NCBI GenBank assembly: GCA_963720465.1
Contig: OY970393.1
Coordinates: 416,001-480,000 of the forward strand
Origin: Methanobacteriota archaeon
GTDB lineage: Archaea; Halobacteriota; Bog-38; Methanoflorentales; Methanoflorentaceae
Length of the DNA: 64,000 bases
Reading direction: 5' to 3'
Shown here: positions 63,889 to 64,000 of the stretch, in pieces
How positions within the stretch are numbered: position 1 is the stretch's first letter
Layout of the letters: the number at the start of each line of letters is the position of its first letter
Made by a program: the position numbers and the translations under genes
Notes under the pieces: model-generated
Databases searched by the model: none
What the model saw: only the letters and a program-made list of their open reading frames with translations
Told to the model about the DNA's origin: nothing

Positions 63889-64000
63889 TTACGCGTCGAA
63901 GACTCGCTGTCCAAGCTTGAACGCCCTGATATTGGCGGCAAGAGCTTTTTTGGGCGCGTGCGCCGGCACCATGACCCACTGCTTGGGGTCCTTCTTGAAG
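63889..64000 (-). CDS. 3' end of an indolepyruvate oxidoreductase-like ORF (partial, apparently chimeric)
   Basis: FKKDPKQWVMVPAHAPKKALAANIRAFKLGQRVFDA*. Confidence 0.5.
   Translation of the reverse strand, partial: FKKDPKQWVMVPAHAPKKALAANIRAFKLGQRVFDA

Overview
Archaeal chromosome segment; gene content and order resemble Halobacteriota (Methanomicrobia/Methanocellia-like), which is an inference. 1-12 kb: conserved exosome/proteasome/RNase P superoperon (pfdB, pcc1, rpoP, rpl37ae, rrp42/41/4, SBDS, psmA, rnp2, rnp3, DUF54, rpl15e), then ychF, mptE and an IleRS with a GVHH motif. 12-37 kb: housekeeping and metabolic genes (thermosome, tiaS, queCE, pyruvate-oxidase-like enzyme, amtB-glnK with an NrpR box, Sm protein, acs). 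About 38-56 kb: accessory, partly decayed region with an intact HTH / small-terminase-like / ATPase-only terminase trio behind a structured leader, a second paralog of the HTH protein, several pseudogenes, degenerate repeats, paired sHSP and fasciclin genes, micro-proteins, and a ~183-nt highly structured candidate ncRNA with its own promoter and terminator (54478-54660, minus), which is my best novelty candidate. 56-64 kb: core-like genes including a histone and an endonuclease V that has lost two catalytic aspartates. No tRNA, rRNA, CRISPR array or integrase was recognised. All family assignments are motif recognition by eye; no database searches were run.
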